64,000 nucleotides of DNA from Takakia lepidozioides (GCA_030704615.1 CM060732.1:59954001-60018000), one strand, 5' to 3'; shown: positions 12,603 through 28,072, counted from the first letter of the stretch. Notes: a model not told the origin generated them from the letters alone. Translations and numbers: made by a program.

Positions 12603-15600
12603 CGTGACTTTCCTGGCTTAGTATCTAGAACTGTGTCTTGGGAGACGATGAACACCGCTGCCTATGCCTTCCCGCGTTCCGCGTTTGTCTCTTGAGGGGG
12701 GTCACCAAGCTTGTGGGAGTGGCGCTAAAACGAGGAGTGCCACTCTTCCAGCTACCGAAGGTCTGTTCGACGTGAGATAATCTCTATTGACAGAGTGCTA
12801 ACAAACCCAAACACCAGAGTGACAAGGCGCATGCAGGACGAGCTAAGCTTGGGGCCTCCGGCAATCAATACTCCTTTCTAGGTAAAAATGTGCCAAGCTC
12901 TAGAAATGAATGAGCCTAAGAGAGAGGCGCAGGAATAGCTGATACAAAAGCACGGGTTACGGCAGTTATGCAGCAGACACCAGCAAATAGGTTGGGGAGC
13001 ACGACGAATAGACAACTGGTTGCCAGTAGCCCTTTGGGAATACGAAAATAATGCCTGGGAGAGGAGAAGAGAGAGACTCCATTGATGAGTTTGTGGCGCT
13101 CGAGAGGGCATTTAAGAGAGTTCGTCAGACAGGGCGTGCCATGTGTGTTGCCGGTAGGCACGTAGGCATCTCATTTAAATGCTCATCTCTTTGGAAGAGT
13201 AGTGCCGCCTGATCTTACACAAACTACCAACTAGCTAGCTAGTTGCTTCCTTCACCTTCCCTCAAAAGAAACTTTCTTTTTAGAAATAAGCTAATCGAAC
13301 CGATACTTCATCGATTCTCTGAGATCCTTCCGGAGGAGGCATGCTGCAGAGCTTTGTGCATCTGTAATGCTGCTCATCAATGCCAACACTAAATTGGGTT
13401 TGTAGAACATTTCCAAACTTAGAACTAATCAGCCTCAAGTTTGTGGATTGTTCCGAGCAATGGTTTGTGGGATTGATGTTGGAGAAGAGAAGTGGAAGAT
13501 GAACAAGAGAGCATGAATGCAGGCAGCGAGCCTAAGTAATTCCATGGCTCACATCATGCCACTCTCGCATCACTGCTTCCTACCCTCAACCATCAACTCA
13601 AATTCATGGACGGCGGGACATTATTTGGAGGATTGTTTTTCATTTTTCGCGGGACTGGTGCAAATATTTTAGAGGGCATACAGTTGATGTGCAGAGATGA
13701 GCGCTAACTTAGCTAAGTTGTTGGCGAGGCGATGGCCACCATAATCATGAGGTACACTGTTCGTTCTTGATGGATGTTTGTGTCAACCTGGTTCCTGTCA
13801 TCCCGGTGTCTTGTGTCACCCCCTTCCATGTCACTCCCCGGTGATGTCACCCATTCTATGTCACTCCCCAGAGAGGAAGATTTGACCTGGAAACCGTCAA
13901 AACTTTTTATTTGTCTTTTTATGAATAGGGGAAGAAAAAAAATCTCTCCGTCCCGCAAGGGATAGAGGCATTGTGGAGACATCTTGCCTAGGGGGAGAAC
14001 TAGGCTTGTCCATTAAGGCTAGTCTATGGAGGGTTGATGGACATGATTCATGAAGCCGTGGAAAAAGTAAAAAACAACACGGAAGGAAAGAGCAAGGACA
14101 GAGCCTCTTGTGGTGGATGTATAATCTAGTGATGATTGTACAGTATGAGACTAAGTTAGTTTTAGCGTTCAGCAGGAATAGGGTCTCTAATATAGAGCAT
14201 TTCCACGGGGGTACACCAAACAACACTGCAACGGTAGCCTCCTGCGGCCTCCAACACTCCCCTGCCCCAGCGGCAACCCCATCAAACTACCCTGCACATG
14301 TCTTTTTGGCTGACGTGCCTTGCTCCGGAGGGACCACCTGTGGACAGACACCGCCTTAAATGCAAGCAGGTGTTTTTTAGTCGCTCCAGCAGGTACTGGC
14401 CGGGCTAGAAGGCCTGTATCCTGCACGAAAGTACGGGCACGGGGTGGCGGATACCAGGGCCGGGGGGCTCCTTTGCCGTTGCAGGGGCATTTAGGGACTC
14501 CAATTAACAAAGTTTGGGCCCTGCCCGCAATGTAGTTTGTTATTTAAAATGCTATTATAAATAGATGTCATACTGACCAATTCAAGTCACTGAGAGGCTG
14601 CCCACATTCCCCTCACTCCATATTGTGGGGAGAAGACTGTGGCACCTCGAATTAGGAAGAAATCAAGTGCGAATGGAATCCTAGCTCCAGTCAGCCCCAA
14701 TTCCGGTGTTCCACTGCACTGCCAAAGCTTTTTGTTGCAGTCGTGTATGGCAAGAAATGTACTGTCTGCTGATTCAGAGTATATGAGGTACTTCTGAGAG
14801 AATGTAAGAAGCTTGTCTTGTGTAGATACTAAAGATTACTTCAGATGGCGGAGCGACATCTTGTGGTACTTTTACATCAGCTTAGATCATGCCCAACTGC
14901 ACGTACAATGAATGGGTCCAGTCGGCTCCAAAGCCGGGGTGACACTGCACTGTGACTTCAACTGTTACCTCGAGCATAGTGTAAGTAGGTATTGGGCTTG
15001 AGAATGTGCACTGTGCAGTGGTGATTGCAACACAACGTGCAGTGTAGGAAGTCTGCCTGTTCATAAAGAGCAGGTGTAGTAGATCAAGCTTGTTTCTAAA
15101 GAATGGCTGTCCTAAGGAAAGAGCAACATCTTGTGAGACATCAGTCAGACATAAGAGGCTGATCATGCCACCCATAAACCCATCTAATAAGGTGCGTTAG
15201 CAGGACCTCTTGACTGAGGAACTGATCACCGCACCTCCAGGCTAGGTATGAGCAAAAGGAGAGAGTCAAAGTCTTTTGTCTGGGGAGATCAGAAGGTCAA
15301 CAGACTTCAGTTTATGCAACTCCCTCGTCCCTGAATTTTTTGTAATACCTCTAGAACCCAAAATGCCATAAACTTTTCAACCACCATCGGGTACTGTACA
15401 GAAGGCTCAATGATGTACAGATAACAGTAGGTCCATCTGATCTTTAACACATCTGGAAACGTTTGTGAGGTGGCATGTGCCTCCTAACGGCTATCGTTGG
15501 CCTGTTTACACTTCAGGTCTGAGAGCCGACTCTGTCAGTGATGTTCACACAAAGAAAAATCCCGACAAAAACCGAAACCTCCAGTCGCACGGCGGGGAGG

Positions 15601-17066
15601 TTACGGCACATGCACATCACGAGTAACAAACATGCATAATGATCGCGGATATCTCTCTCCGACAGATTCGGGAAAGGAAAAGCTTGGAATCATCTTAGAT
15701 GGACAGAGAGGATAAACATCAATAGTGAGAAAGAGCAAAAATGGGAGGCTTTCGACATGGCGATTCATGCATAAGCATATAATGTGGGAAGAACCAGTAA
15801 ACCAAGGCTATTTTTAATCATCTCCTTTTCTGCCTTTCTTTGCACCCTATTCTTCCCTATCTGGCATCCTCTCCCCTAGCCTTCCAGAGGGAGAGGTTGC
15901 ACTGAGGGGTTTAGACTCAGTGTTGTCTACGTCTGCAACTTGGGGCTTCACTCAGTTAATCATCCAGCAAAACACGGTGTGCACAACCCGGAGGTCATGT
16001 TTATTCATCTCTGTCGGCCTGCGGAGATCACTGGTATGCGTGCCTTGGTGGCTGAATTTGCGATTGCATATCAGAGTGTTGCATATATGGATCACGTCTG
16101 TGCCTACCCACTAGTCAAGCTTAACTTGCACACGAGATCAACAACCGTTGTAACTCAAGCCTGCCCAAGTGTGCCTGAAATGCGTCCATTATGAAGCTTC
16201 TCCCCAACTGATAGTCTTGGCTATAAATCTAGCCTTCATAAATCTCTTTCCCATTTCCATAAAAATACATAGACACAATCAAACTACAGTCAAACTGGTT
16301 AACTTAATGATTTTCAAGGCTTCCAGACTAAGGGCAGACTAAGGGAGTGTACCATACCCTTTGAATTGCGGCAAATTTTGAAGATGATCCCTGCCTCATA
16401 GGAATGATTGTAAGTGACTGCAACCATTTGACTCAAAGTGGGGTACATCAAGCCTAAGGAAAACTATGATGCCCTTGGGTGTTCACTCATCTTTTTGGAC
16501 TTTGCAAATCAACATCCTGGACGAGTGCACGAGCTTAGGGGGAGCTTAGGACTATGGGGGGCAGGAAAACTGCTGTACTGTAACAGGATTGCAGTAAATA
16601 TCTAAAGGCTTCAATCAGTATGTTTTTATTGAACAGAGCCCGTTATTTATTCATCTTCACGGCGACTATAAAAATACATGATGTCACAATTGTGAGAGAT
16701 ATGGACATTTCATGAGTTACCCCGCGACATGGAGCTGGGTGTATCTATATACAATATTGCAGCAGTGTCAAACTCATTCATAAGACACCATCAGAATGAG
16801 ATGCAGAACATGGGGTCAATTTGTTTCTTGGTGAATATCCACCCCCTTGCTGCTGAAGGGTGTGAGACAAAAGTCCATATTAAATCCTCCATCGCTTGAT
16901 GATCTTCTGTATGTACATGACAGCCATGCTGTCTACCTTCTCTCACCTTGCTGTAGAAGAATCTGCTGCTGCAAAGCCATGGCCAAGCTCTGATCCTCCC
17001 AGCGCCATGACTTGATGATGTGGTCAGGACATGGTTTTTGGCTTCGAAGGACACGCCACAATGTGC

Positions 17067-20000
17067 CTAGTAGAGGCGGATGACTGTGAGATTAGGCAGA
17101 GCCGATGACTGCAGCCGCTCAACGGCGAGCAGTGACACCTTGCAGGCTTGCAGTGCCAGAGAGGTCAAATTGGTGAGTGACCGCAAGTGCTGTAGCCCTG
17201 CATTTGTCACCTTCGAGTTTGCCACATTCAGTGACACCAGTCCAGTCATCCCTGGAGCATGATGATGTTTCACTGTGTCAATGTGCTAAACAGACTTGGA
17301 AAGCAAAATGTTATCAAGAGCTGGAAACACACAACAAATTCAGCAGACTTTGGGAGGATAAAACGCATTATTGAGAAAGAGTGTGCATGTGTAGGAGTGC
17401 AGAGTACGCACCAGAGAGATGCTGGAGAGCAGCGTCAGTGAGGCGGCTATTCTGGGAAAGGTTGAGAGAGGTCAGAGAGGTCAGATCCTTAATGTTCTTG
17501 ACCCCAGCATCAGTGATCCCTCCCCCACACAGCTCCAGGGTCTGCAGCTTCTTGAAGTCTGTCAACCAGTACAGTACATAGGCAGTAATTGCACCCTCTT
17601 GGTCAAAGTCCAAAGTAGGCAAAGCAGATCCTGGACCCTGAATGTGGGTGCCCATAATCTGTCCATAGATCATCATACACATGGAAGAATGACCTTGAGA
17701 TTGACCTCTACACTTCTCAAGCACTCCCACATCCGATATAAATACGATAGATGACAGTGCATTAACCGCAAGGGAAGTCACAATCAGACCAGGGAAAAAA
17801 CCAAGAGCAAGACATGGGATGATATGCATACTAATCTACTTCAGCTCCTATGTAAGGCACTCAAGCTGAAGGAAGAAGGAAAGGAGAAGGAAGAAAACCG
17901 GCCGTCCACAAGAGACCTAGAGAGAGGACTACATACGTCTTAGGCAGGCTGTGCCGTGGTCGGTGATCCTTGCCCCAAAGAGATCCAAGGTCTTCAGACC
18001 AGTCAAACCTGTCATAGAGACGTGCTACAGGATTAGCCAGGAACAATTTGCATGTTGCAAGACACTTGAAGCAATTTTTATGTGAAAGCCCTCTTAAGCA
18101 AACAGGCCCTACTGCTTGTCTGCGTAGAACGATCTGGTACACATAGCTGAGACTCCCTGCAGGGTGAACTGACCAACTTCTATATTAGACATTTTGCACA
18201 ACACCCTCGACTGCAGTTTGTTAGAAGTCAGCTCAGATTTAGTTAACCATTGGGACTGTTAGCTAGGGTTCTGTTAGGGTTTTTTCGACAGCTAGGGATG
18301 GTTCTACCGGAAGGTTCCACCAAAAGATTGCCCAGAAGGTCCAGTGTAGGATTTAAGGGAATGGCTGAGGCAATGCCCAGCACTTCTTCTAGCATGTAGG
18401 TTGATGCGCTATCCTAGTTGATTGCGGAGAGGAGGAGGAGAAGTCTAGCATCTACTGTCAACTCTATAAGCCTTCTTTTGTGGTAGGGAGCAAGGACTCC
18501 AGTTTTTGTTCGTAGTAACTTCTTGTCATTTTCAGTTGTCAAGTTTTTGTACTGCTGCTTGTGAATAGAAGTTTTCTGTCAATATCTCTAGAGTGAGGAC
18601 AGGTCTAGTTTTCTAACACAGTTTAGAACGATGCTACTGATAAGGAGCTTGCCCTACTGAGCCAAAAGGAGGTAGACATGAAGGGCTGCAAATGGAGGCA
18701 CAGAAGGACTCACTTGTCAGTGCTGCAAGACCAGCGTCAGTGAAGAGCCGAGAGTCCAGATTGAGAGATGTGAGGGAAGTGATGTTGGCTATTGTACGGA
18801 GACCACTGTCCGTCACCCCTGTAAATGAAAGATTGAGACTCTCCAACTTTTTCAGACCTGCGACATACTCCAATGGCAAGCAAAGCACAAATGTGAGAAC
18901 ATGTATACCCCTCAATAAACAAATGCTAATTGTCAGTACACCCTCATGTGTAGACTTCTGTTAGAAAAGTTTGGAAATGAAGTGTGCCCTAATACAAAGA
19001 GACCTGCTCGGTGAAATGTGGCTGAGCTTTGTCACTCTAGACCCACCGTTTAAGGAAGAAAATGTTCAGTAGCGACTGGAGGCCTGTGATGTGTTTGATT
19101 CTGTCCTCCCTTGAGGGCATAGTGTCCCCCCAAGATATCCATCAGAGCCAGTTCTGGGGTTCTATGGAAACACAATTGTCATGCTACTCATGCGTAGCCA
19201 CCAACAGGGGATTGAGCGTTTCCGTAAGGGCTGGACATGATCCTAAACATGCTGTTGATTGCAGCATTGCTGCCCAATTCCCAATCTGAACAATGTATGT
19301 TTGAGAACTACAAGCAAAACAAAAGAGCATGTAAAAAATCCCCCAGCTGATGAGCCAGCTTTACCAGAAAGAAAGTGCAGCCCACTGTTGCCAACTTCTG
19401 AGTCAGAAAGATCAAGTGTGTGCAAATTCACAAGACCTGCAAGTTTACCGAGCACCGTTAGGATTTGACATGATTTGCATGACATTTACGCTGACTTAAC
19501 AATGTAAAACAGGGGGCTTCATCCCATCCAGCCAATAGCTATGTCATTACAGAGAGAAATGAAATGAAATGGTGCTTTATAACGTCCGCGGAAAGCTCAT
19601 AGAGCTTATGGGACAAAAGAGAGAGAGCAAGAGAGCACCTCTGAGCTGCTCAATCCCATCATCTCCAACTTTGCAAGAGTCAAGATTCAAGCTCTCCAAG
19701 TTGATCAGCCCTGCAATCGCCAATTGGAACCACCATTTTAACATCCAAAAATCAATCGACACATGACCATGATACAACAGCCAGCTAAGGACAGTGCTCA
19801 CAATTGAACCACCGCACCAAGTATTCAGTCTCAAAGCCAAGTTTTATGGCTCTGCCTTCATCCAAGAGTGTTAAGATCCAAATGACAAGTCCCTTTGCGG
19901 AACGTGTCCATCATGCTGTTAGGATTACAGAGAAACTGCAATCCTAACAACATGTGCTAGACAGCTGGAGCAAATTTGCAATCAGAGAAATGCCTGAAGG

Positions 20001-23000
20001 AGAAAGTCATTGTGAGAACAATCTGAGGATCACCCTTGAGATTATGCTTTAGAATGTTGTAATGCTTTTGAATCTTTTGTTCTCTACACTTCTTGAGGAC
20101 CAGCAGGACACACTCTGCCTATTGGCATGGGAGACACTCTTGTCTGCAAAGTGTACTCCACCAGTACTTCCCACTAGTCAACAGACCTATACATGCAAAC
20201 TCTGAAGGAAAACCTTACATCTCCTACGAAATCATTGCACACATTATCTGAGTCCATCCACCTATTCAGCAGGTTATAGGCACTGTGATTCAGGAGAACA
20301 CCACTTGATGTCCCACCCGTAGTACCTTTCAAGAAAACCACTCCAGCATCTGTCACATTGTTGTAGCCCATATTCAGGTTTCGAAGGTTGACAAGACCTG
20401 CAGAAATGAACATGGGGGATGAGCAGTGTCCACCACACAGAAGCTACTCAACTCATTAATGATAAATAAACGAAGAAACTGCCAATAAAAAACTGACCTT
20501 CCAACTTTTGGCACCCCGAATCAGGAAGGTAGCATGACTTGACATTGAGGGCTGTCAGTGAAATCAGCCCTGTATGCACAACATCCCCAAGCAAACCACA
20601 AGAATGACTAGAGGACAAGATGAGGTGCATGACCCATGTCCTCTCCCAAAATGTTCCACACTGAATGCTGGACTTGAGTGCTGGGTGCAGACGTTCCTCT
20701 TATAAGCCTTATTCACAGCCTCAGATTATAGAGTGAAATTCTTAGTTGGATTAAATGACAGATGAGTCAAGGAAATAATTTTTTCCCCGTTGCAACAATG
20801 CACTACCCAAACTCACCAAGGAGCACGTCAGCATGGAGAAAACCTAGTAAATATCTCGACCAATCTTTTGGCTGTCCATTCATGGTCATAACTAATCCAA
20901 TCTCATGGACACTTCCCAAAGGCAGTTAGAGTCATAAACTTCACCTTCATACACTACCAGAGGCATCCCCTTCCCACACTGACTTGAAAGTTAAGAGTCA
21001 ACCGCAAGGAAGTAAAGGCTAAGCTTACCCCATTTAGTCACCATCCAAAGCCCCTTTCGTAGCCAAAAAAATGAGCTCCCTACAGTCCCCATCATAGAGA
21101 AGGAGATGGAAGCTCACTGTATTTACAAGAGGGCACCACAGATTAACTATCTCAAGCTCAACATGACACATCTGAGGTAGATAGTGGTATATTCCAGCCT
21201 TGCAAGAAGCCATAAGGGATCACATCTGGCAACTTAAGAAACCAGTTCAGTGTCCCAGACATGGGCTGCTCGACCCAACCAACAGTGTAAGGAGCCTCCA
21301 CAAAAATCAGGCGAAAGCAAAGTAAAACTGCACCAAAGGTATACTACTCAACATACTGCTCTATAAATAGGGCTGAGACAAATGCAATTCGTTTGTCCCA
21401 GGATTGGTTGTCTGTCCTGTATTTCCACCTATGAGAACTTCAGAGACATTCCAAAAACGCAGCAATCATGAGACATTTAGGTCTGCGCCCTGAGGTAGGA
21501 GGAATCCAGTAACTTGGAAATCACTGATAAATGTACATGTTCCATGATCCTTTTGGAAGTATAAAAGACTTGGTTTGTCAGCAGTGAGAGTGAAGCTCTT
21601 TTGCAGCAATGGGGACCCCAAAGAAGCACATAGAACAATTGCCGTCCAGAAGAGAGCTTACTACACAGTATGAGTTTGAACTTACTATCTAAAGGTGTGT
21701 AGATCATCTGAGAGTTGAGAAAGAAACACACAGAAAAACAGGCAATAACAGAAAGAGACACAGAAGAAAGCCCACACAGACAGGTGACTAAATCAAAATG
21801 GTGATTTATCGATCTTGGGAACTTCATCAACAAAGTGATGAGTCACATTGGGCTTCCTTTCTCATACATAGCTATTCTGTGATGTCACAACATTACATGT
21901 CTCAACAGCAACACTGCAGGAGGGGGAAATGCACACAATGTACCTGCAATTGTATCCATGCATGCACCAGTCACTGGGCAACCCTCCATGCTGAGACTCT
22001 GAAGCTTTCTTAGCCCTGTTTAGCAAGACACCTCATCAGTGCAAACCCCTGGACTCGTCTATACAGCTACAGCACTCTCACTTCTCCGGAGAATAACTAA
22101 TAATGACCTTACTGAAACTCAATAACACCCAACTTGCCCGCCCTACTCTTGACGCTGAGATTGTCAGAGCTCTTTGTATGGATAGCGCAGAACCAAACTA
22201 CTAGGAAACAAAATCGACTAATTTCAGACCTTGCGGTTGGAAGTGCTCCAGAAAGATTAGCATCTCCAAGGGGACCGTGCCCAAGGATATGTCATAACAA
22301 TCATCCCTAGGGGATGGTCACTGACTACATTTAATTTCTTGTCCTCAGCCCACATACACAAAGAACCATGTAGAAAATAGCAACGCAATGTTGCCAGTCC
22401 TTTCAATAACCCTTGCACATAACTGCATAAGCCAGTTGACAAGAAATATCATGCCCTGCTGTGTAAACAACCTAGTCAATAGACTGCTAACACTTCTTGA
22501 CGCACTAATGAAATTGTCTAGGTAATGATGACGACCTTACACATACCAGTCAGCTTCTGATACTACCTATGCTATGACATGCAAGATTTTTCTTCTGCAT
22601 GATAGAAAAGGAAGCACCTTTCAAAGAAATAATGCCTAGGTCATTAACTTTGCTTCTAGAGATTTGCAACTCCTTTAGATTCACCAGACCTGCCAAACAC
22701 CAAGCAACTTGTCATACTTCTACAACACTCCTCCAGCAAACAAATGACCCATCAAGTCCTGGACATATTTTCCAAATAGAAAATGGACTCATATGCTTCA
22801 TAACCAGAACATCATACTCCACCCAGCCCCAGCTGTATCCGAAGAATGAATCAATCCCATCATTGCATCCATGTAAAGGGGAGTCGGCAATAAAATCAGT
22901 ATAGCATCCTGCCACTCATTTGCCATCCCTTTCATCTCCCCATCAAGCACCAAGGTGGGAAGCAACTTAGCATACCCGCAAGATGTTTGATATCCAAATT

Positions 23001-25038
23001 TCTGACACAGATGCACCAGCCCACATTCAATTTCTCCAATTTCATTAGCCCTGTCAAGTGCACAAATACATCAAATAAATTCAATTTCCCACTATTCACT
23101 CACTCCCACCTGAACATGTGAGCTCAAGAATTTACAATAATGAGTGACTACTGAAGTAGTTCTACTAGACACAAAGCCCCTCCTAACTCTCATTTTTGCA
23201 TCAATTAAGAACCCAATGGCAGACTGTGTTGTGTGATAGAATGTACTCAGGAGATGTTGTTCGCCATAGCCTTGTGGCCATAGACCCCGCGCCCAATTTG
23301 GGCGGAGTTGTGCAATGGAGAGGGGACAAAATTTCACATGATCAGAGGTTCAAGAAAGACAAGTGTTGAGGGAATAAAAAAGTTGTACCCTTCAAGTAAA
23401 CAAGGCCGCCATGAATCCGAGGGCAACGCTCCAGGTCAAGTTCCTTGAGATTGACAAGATTTGTAAAATAACGCATGCCAGCTGCAGTGATCAAGTTGCT
23501 GCTACGGAGACTCAACGATGTCAAACTGGCAAAACCTGCATTCCAAGAAAGAAACCACTGAAACCACCGCATATTGAAGTATGCAAACAGTATCCTCTGA
23601 GATGCAACTGACTAATTTAGAAAACCTGCCTGGCCATGCATCGTAGACGACTGCTTTTTGAGAAACAAACACTTTTGCTAGGAACATTACTAGTTAGGTA
23701 CCCAGGTAAGTAGCCTCACGGATCCTCCCTCAGTGCCTGGCAGTAGCATGTGACACTTCTGAATATATATGAATACAAAGCAGAAAAAACTAACAAGCTG
23801 GACAAAGTAGCGCAGCAGGAAGAGAGCAAATACCTGTCAAGGTTGTCAGACCAATGTCTGAAATGTGGTCACAGTAATTCAAGCAGAGAGTCTGCAAGCC
23901 GCCACACGCCTCTAGGAAAGCGAGCCCGGTATCTGTCACTGCCGAACTTGATATGTCCACTGCCAGCAAGGACTGGCCCTGCGTCCCAATCACTTCCATC
24001 CACTTGTCGTCCACACCCGGGTAATCACCAAGCAGAACATCCTGCCCATATGACACAAACATACAGTGCTGGCTTTCTCTTCAATTTCACACATCTTGAA
24101 TCTATTGTCCTTCAACAGCCTTTCTGTAAGTGATTTATAGTCAATATTCCACCGCCTGAAAATAGTTTTTCATTCCTTGAAACCCTTATCTCCCACGCCC
24201 CAAACATTGAAACTCTTGAGTGTAGCCTCTACGACATATAGCATATATTGAGGGAAGATACAACCCTGCGGACCTGTTCTGCAGCTTCGCTGTTCCATAA
24301 AAAAATAAGACAGGCTTAGGCAATGGAGAGAACATGTATGTACCTGTAGTGCACAATCTGAGAAAGCACACAGGACAGGTGGTGATAGAAGCTGGTGCCG
24401 CACAAGCTGGCTCAGAATTTGCTGACTCAAGTCCGGGGGAATTCCTGCGAAGGATTTGTACCTTCCTACACTCTGCAACACAAATACCGCCACTGTCTCA
24501 GCCCAGATCGGAATGAGCTTGAATAAAAGCTGTTTGCAAAGCTGAATGGTAAGCAACAGTGGCTGCTAGGACAGTAACTCTAGCTAGTGATAGTTGTTTA
24601 GTTTTGTTTCTCTGGTTCTTGTGTTCCTTGGGCCTCTGCGGATGGAATACATTTCTTCCCAAGTTATAGTGTGCTGTTTTTCGCACTCTGGCCTCCTCAA
24701 TGGTAATGCTCTTTCTATCCCTCACAAGCATATGCCAAAAATCACGCACCTCCATGCAACGGTATCACACTTCAATCTAAATCTTTTCTAACTAGACCTG
24801 GCGCATTTTTTATCTACTTAACATTGTTCACCTGGAAAAGCTCTCGCACAGTCAAGTCCAAGAGAGAGGGTGATGCTGATAAGCCATGCTTGAGGACAGG
24901 TTCAGTGTCAAACACAGGCACTGGCCTAAGAGGCCAGTGCAAGCTGATGCTGCGGTTCAATCTTCCAGAACCCCCCCCATTTCCGTTGTCACCTTCCTGT
25001 TCTGCCTGCTCCCGCTTCCGAGAGCACGCACCGCCCAT
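17067..25038 (-). CDS. RNI-like leucine-rich-repeat protein (F-box/LRR14-like family), many short exons
   Basis: N-terminus MGGACSRKR (myristoylation/palmitoylation-type), PSLLDL, then short LRR exons (LVNLKELDLERC, LINLESLNLDSCKVGDDG, LKKLESLNLSFTGVTDSG, LQTLELCGGGITDAGVKNIKDL) ending LPNLTVIRLY*. Resembles the conserved family of Arabidopsis At1g15740 (from memory). Confidence 0.9.
18219..18618. mobile_element. Solo LTR (400 bp) in an LRR-gene intron
   Basis: Starts TGTTAGAA and ends TTCTAACA (perfect 8-bp inverted ends, TG...CA). 5-bp TSD CAGTT at 18214-18218 and 18619-18623. Confidence 0.9.
19556..19618 (-). repeat. 3' end of a non-LTR retroposon (LINE/SINE) with (CATTT)n tail
   Basis: The minus strand reads GTCCCATAAGCTC..GAGCTTTCCGCGGACGTTATAAAGCACC(ATTTC)n. 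Related copies at ~41870-41958 (-) and ~26121-26180 (+). Confidence 0.55.
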
Positions 25039-28000
25039 GGCAGCTCCCTTGCCTCCCTTATCCTCTTTGTCCTTCCATCTTCATGCAGCCACTGCCATTG
25101 CATACAATTGCATACCTGGATTTATGCAATGTTGTTGGTTATCTTAAATAAGCAAGAATTGAAAGAATCAATCAAGCCTTGAATGACTGTTCAAGAATCA
25201 TCAATATCAACTGTTACAAACTCTTCAGTGAAGTCTTTCGGTACACTCTTTTTCAGTGTACAACGTTAGTAAAATTATGTACATTTTGTGGGCAAGTGAA
25301 GTGCTCAGAGCGTAACTAACCTCCATCCATTTCGAATACTTGCTCATATGCTAGTACCCTTTTGTATATTCATGTCTTCCTCTGTGTTATGACATGCTGC
25401 TTTGTATTGGCATTTCTCTGACGGGCCTATCCAATTCTAGCCCAAATACATATACGAGTGAGCTGTTTGCTCATCTTTGTCTGGTGTTATCACCTGAATG
25501 GCGTTATGATAAGCTTGGTTCCCAGCTTGATTTCTCCTTGCGATGGTAGCTGTCATAACTACAACTCTCTCTATCTTCAGGCATGCACCCAAATGTATCA
25601 CACATGACGAACATTTGAATCCATTCTCCCTTTTAGCTTCAACTGGACGTTTTCAAGTTGCTTTCTTCCCTTCTTTCCTTTAACAGCCTTCAAACTTTTC
25701 TTGCTGGGGAAAGGGTGCAAGGTACAAGACCTATGGACTATGAACCATGATTCTTGGACTCCCTTGCACATTGAAATTTTCTTTCTTCTTTCTTCCTCAG
25801 CCTCCATCCCACCCCCTGCAAAATACACGGTTGCTTAATGACACAAACAGGCTTGCGAAAATTGGCCAAAGGATCAATGATTCTCTAAGTCATGATGTTG
25901 TCTACAGCAACATAATGTGAGACATTTTAGGCTCGCACGGGCTTAAGCTTAAAAGACGTTCCCAAGTTATTCAGTAACCAAGTGGAATTTGAATTGGAGA
26001 ACATAGGCAAACAGAGAAAATATCCATCATCACACAATCCCCCCTCAATTTACAGGCCTCAATCCTTAGTGGGTGGTACCTAAAACCTTGTCTCACTCTT
26101 GTGCTTTTGTTTGTGATGCCTTCTGTCCATAAGCTCTTTGGACTTGCAAGTTATAAAGCTCCGCTCTTTCTTTCTCTCTCAGTTGGAACAACCTACGCAT
26201 CCAACTTTTGGCTTTTGCTAGATTTCAGAAGTGGGTACAACCTTGAAGGATTCATGCGAAATTTCACCGTTACGTGAGGTACGCATTAAAAAAACAGAGC
26301 TAAAACAGACGGAAGAGTTCTCACTCTCACCCTAACTTCTGTGCATGTTGAGTCACACACATTCAACATATAGAGCTACCAGGAGGAAGAATTTGGGTCT
26401 CATCCCCTAGAGATGGCCGAGGCAATTCGACTTGACGCCCGCCCAGACTTACTGACATTAAAGGTAATCACGTCGCTCAGTAAGACGACGATCACGAAGA
26501 AGCATGGGAGGAAAGATGACACAATAAAGGCAGATAGTGCACTTATAATTAATCAAGCCAGACAATCGAAGAAGAAATAAAGTGATAAGCAACGAACGAG
26601 CCCAAGAGCACAATAGAGAGAACATGCGTTGACCAACGACACAAAACCTCATGGAGAATTGGTTGAAGCACGCCATGGCAAACACCGTGCCCCCGAATTG
26701 CAACCCAGCCAGCCACCTCACAGCTTCATTCATCAGCTTTTTTCTCAGAATTCAGATGAGAACACACCGGCACGAAGCGAAAAAGGGACGCTCAACCAAA
26801 TTGGGAAGATGAACCCGCAAACGCAAAATTCATCGCACTCTACTCAACAAGATTCAAGGCAGGGAGGAAATTTTGGAAGCACACCGCCCACAGCATGGGC
26901 GTGCAACGCAGCCCAGCCATGGACTTCACCTGGGGCCAATTTTGTGTTGAACGATGCTTGTGTGCATGTGGGGTTGAGAGCAGCTTGGTAGTTGCAGAAT
27001 TGAGAGGAGACTAAACAGAGAAAGAGAGTCAAGCAAATTCTCTCCTCAAGAGATGTTTTTCAGAACGTTGCAGCGAGAATCGACCTCACTAACGAGTCAG
27101 CTCACAACCCAGCAGTCGCTGCAGGAAAGGAATTATGTCAAGTTCAGAAAACACCACAGAGAATCGAACTCTACTGGATTCGCTCCTCCTCCCCCAGTCT
27201 ATCGTCCTCATACTGGTTTTCACCTAACATGGTTTTCCGTCGTCGTTGTGGAAGCTTGCATACTTTGCTATGAAACCCAGGAACCGAGATACGGAGCTTG
27301 AATTCAGTGGGGCAATGTACTATGGAACTCTGGAACGATCAGAGCGAGAGAGAGCTGACGAGGCCGAATGATCCCTACAGTGATCGATCGTTCCAGTACG
27401 TTAAGGGCAGTTGATGCCATCTGGCGGTTCCTTCTTGAAACGTGGCCATATCGAGTAGGCAGGGATGGAAGCGTGACTGGTCTTCCAGCTCACATGCAAG
27501 TCATCTGCTTCATCAACTGTGCATCAACTGGACTTTGCTTTTTGTTTCCCCACTGGAACAGTGAATTGGCACTGATACATGAAACAATGCGGTTCAAGGA
27601 TGATTGGTCAGACACCGAAGGATTCAGTACAACTTCGGGTATGATTCAGAAGTTTGAGCTGAGTGTAGGTAGCTATAGGGAAAAAGCAAACAAACTGTGT
27701 GAAAGCATCATGCACAAAATTCATGTCTTTTACTGATTTCTGAAGCAGTCAAGATTTCGGAAGAACATCAGTACAATCTTATGACTCTGGCTTACAGGAG
27801 AAAGGAATGCAGTTTCAGAAGGTGTCACACAAAGGATAAAACCTGATTAATGACCTTGACAAGAGCTTTACAGAACAGGGATCCAGAGAGAACTGCATAC
27901 AGACAATGGTCCAATTTCCAACCTTAGAATAATCAAGCTTTGTGCTGTGGGAATTGTTGCTGTGGGATGTGGTAAAGTGTAGGTTACTCTGAACAGGCAA

Positions 28001-28072
28001 GGTGATACACCATTGGGCAAATCAACCATTTACCGCTAACAATCATAATTTTACAGGACTAGATAGTCTATG

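Noticed and set aside
14170-14530. GC-rich MITE
   Set aside because: CAGGGCC/GGGCCCTG-like ends were seen, but no matching TSD or convincing TIR pair.
20950-23100. Nested genes in LRR introns
   Set aside because: Short ORFs without domains; likely old retroelement debris.
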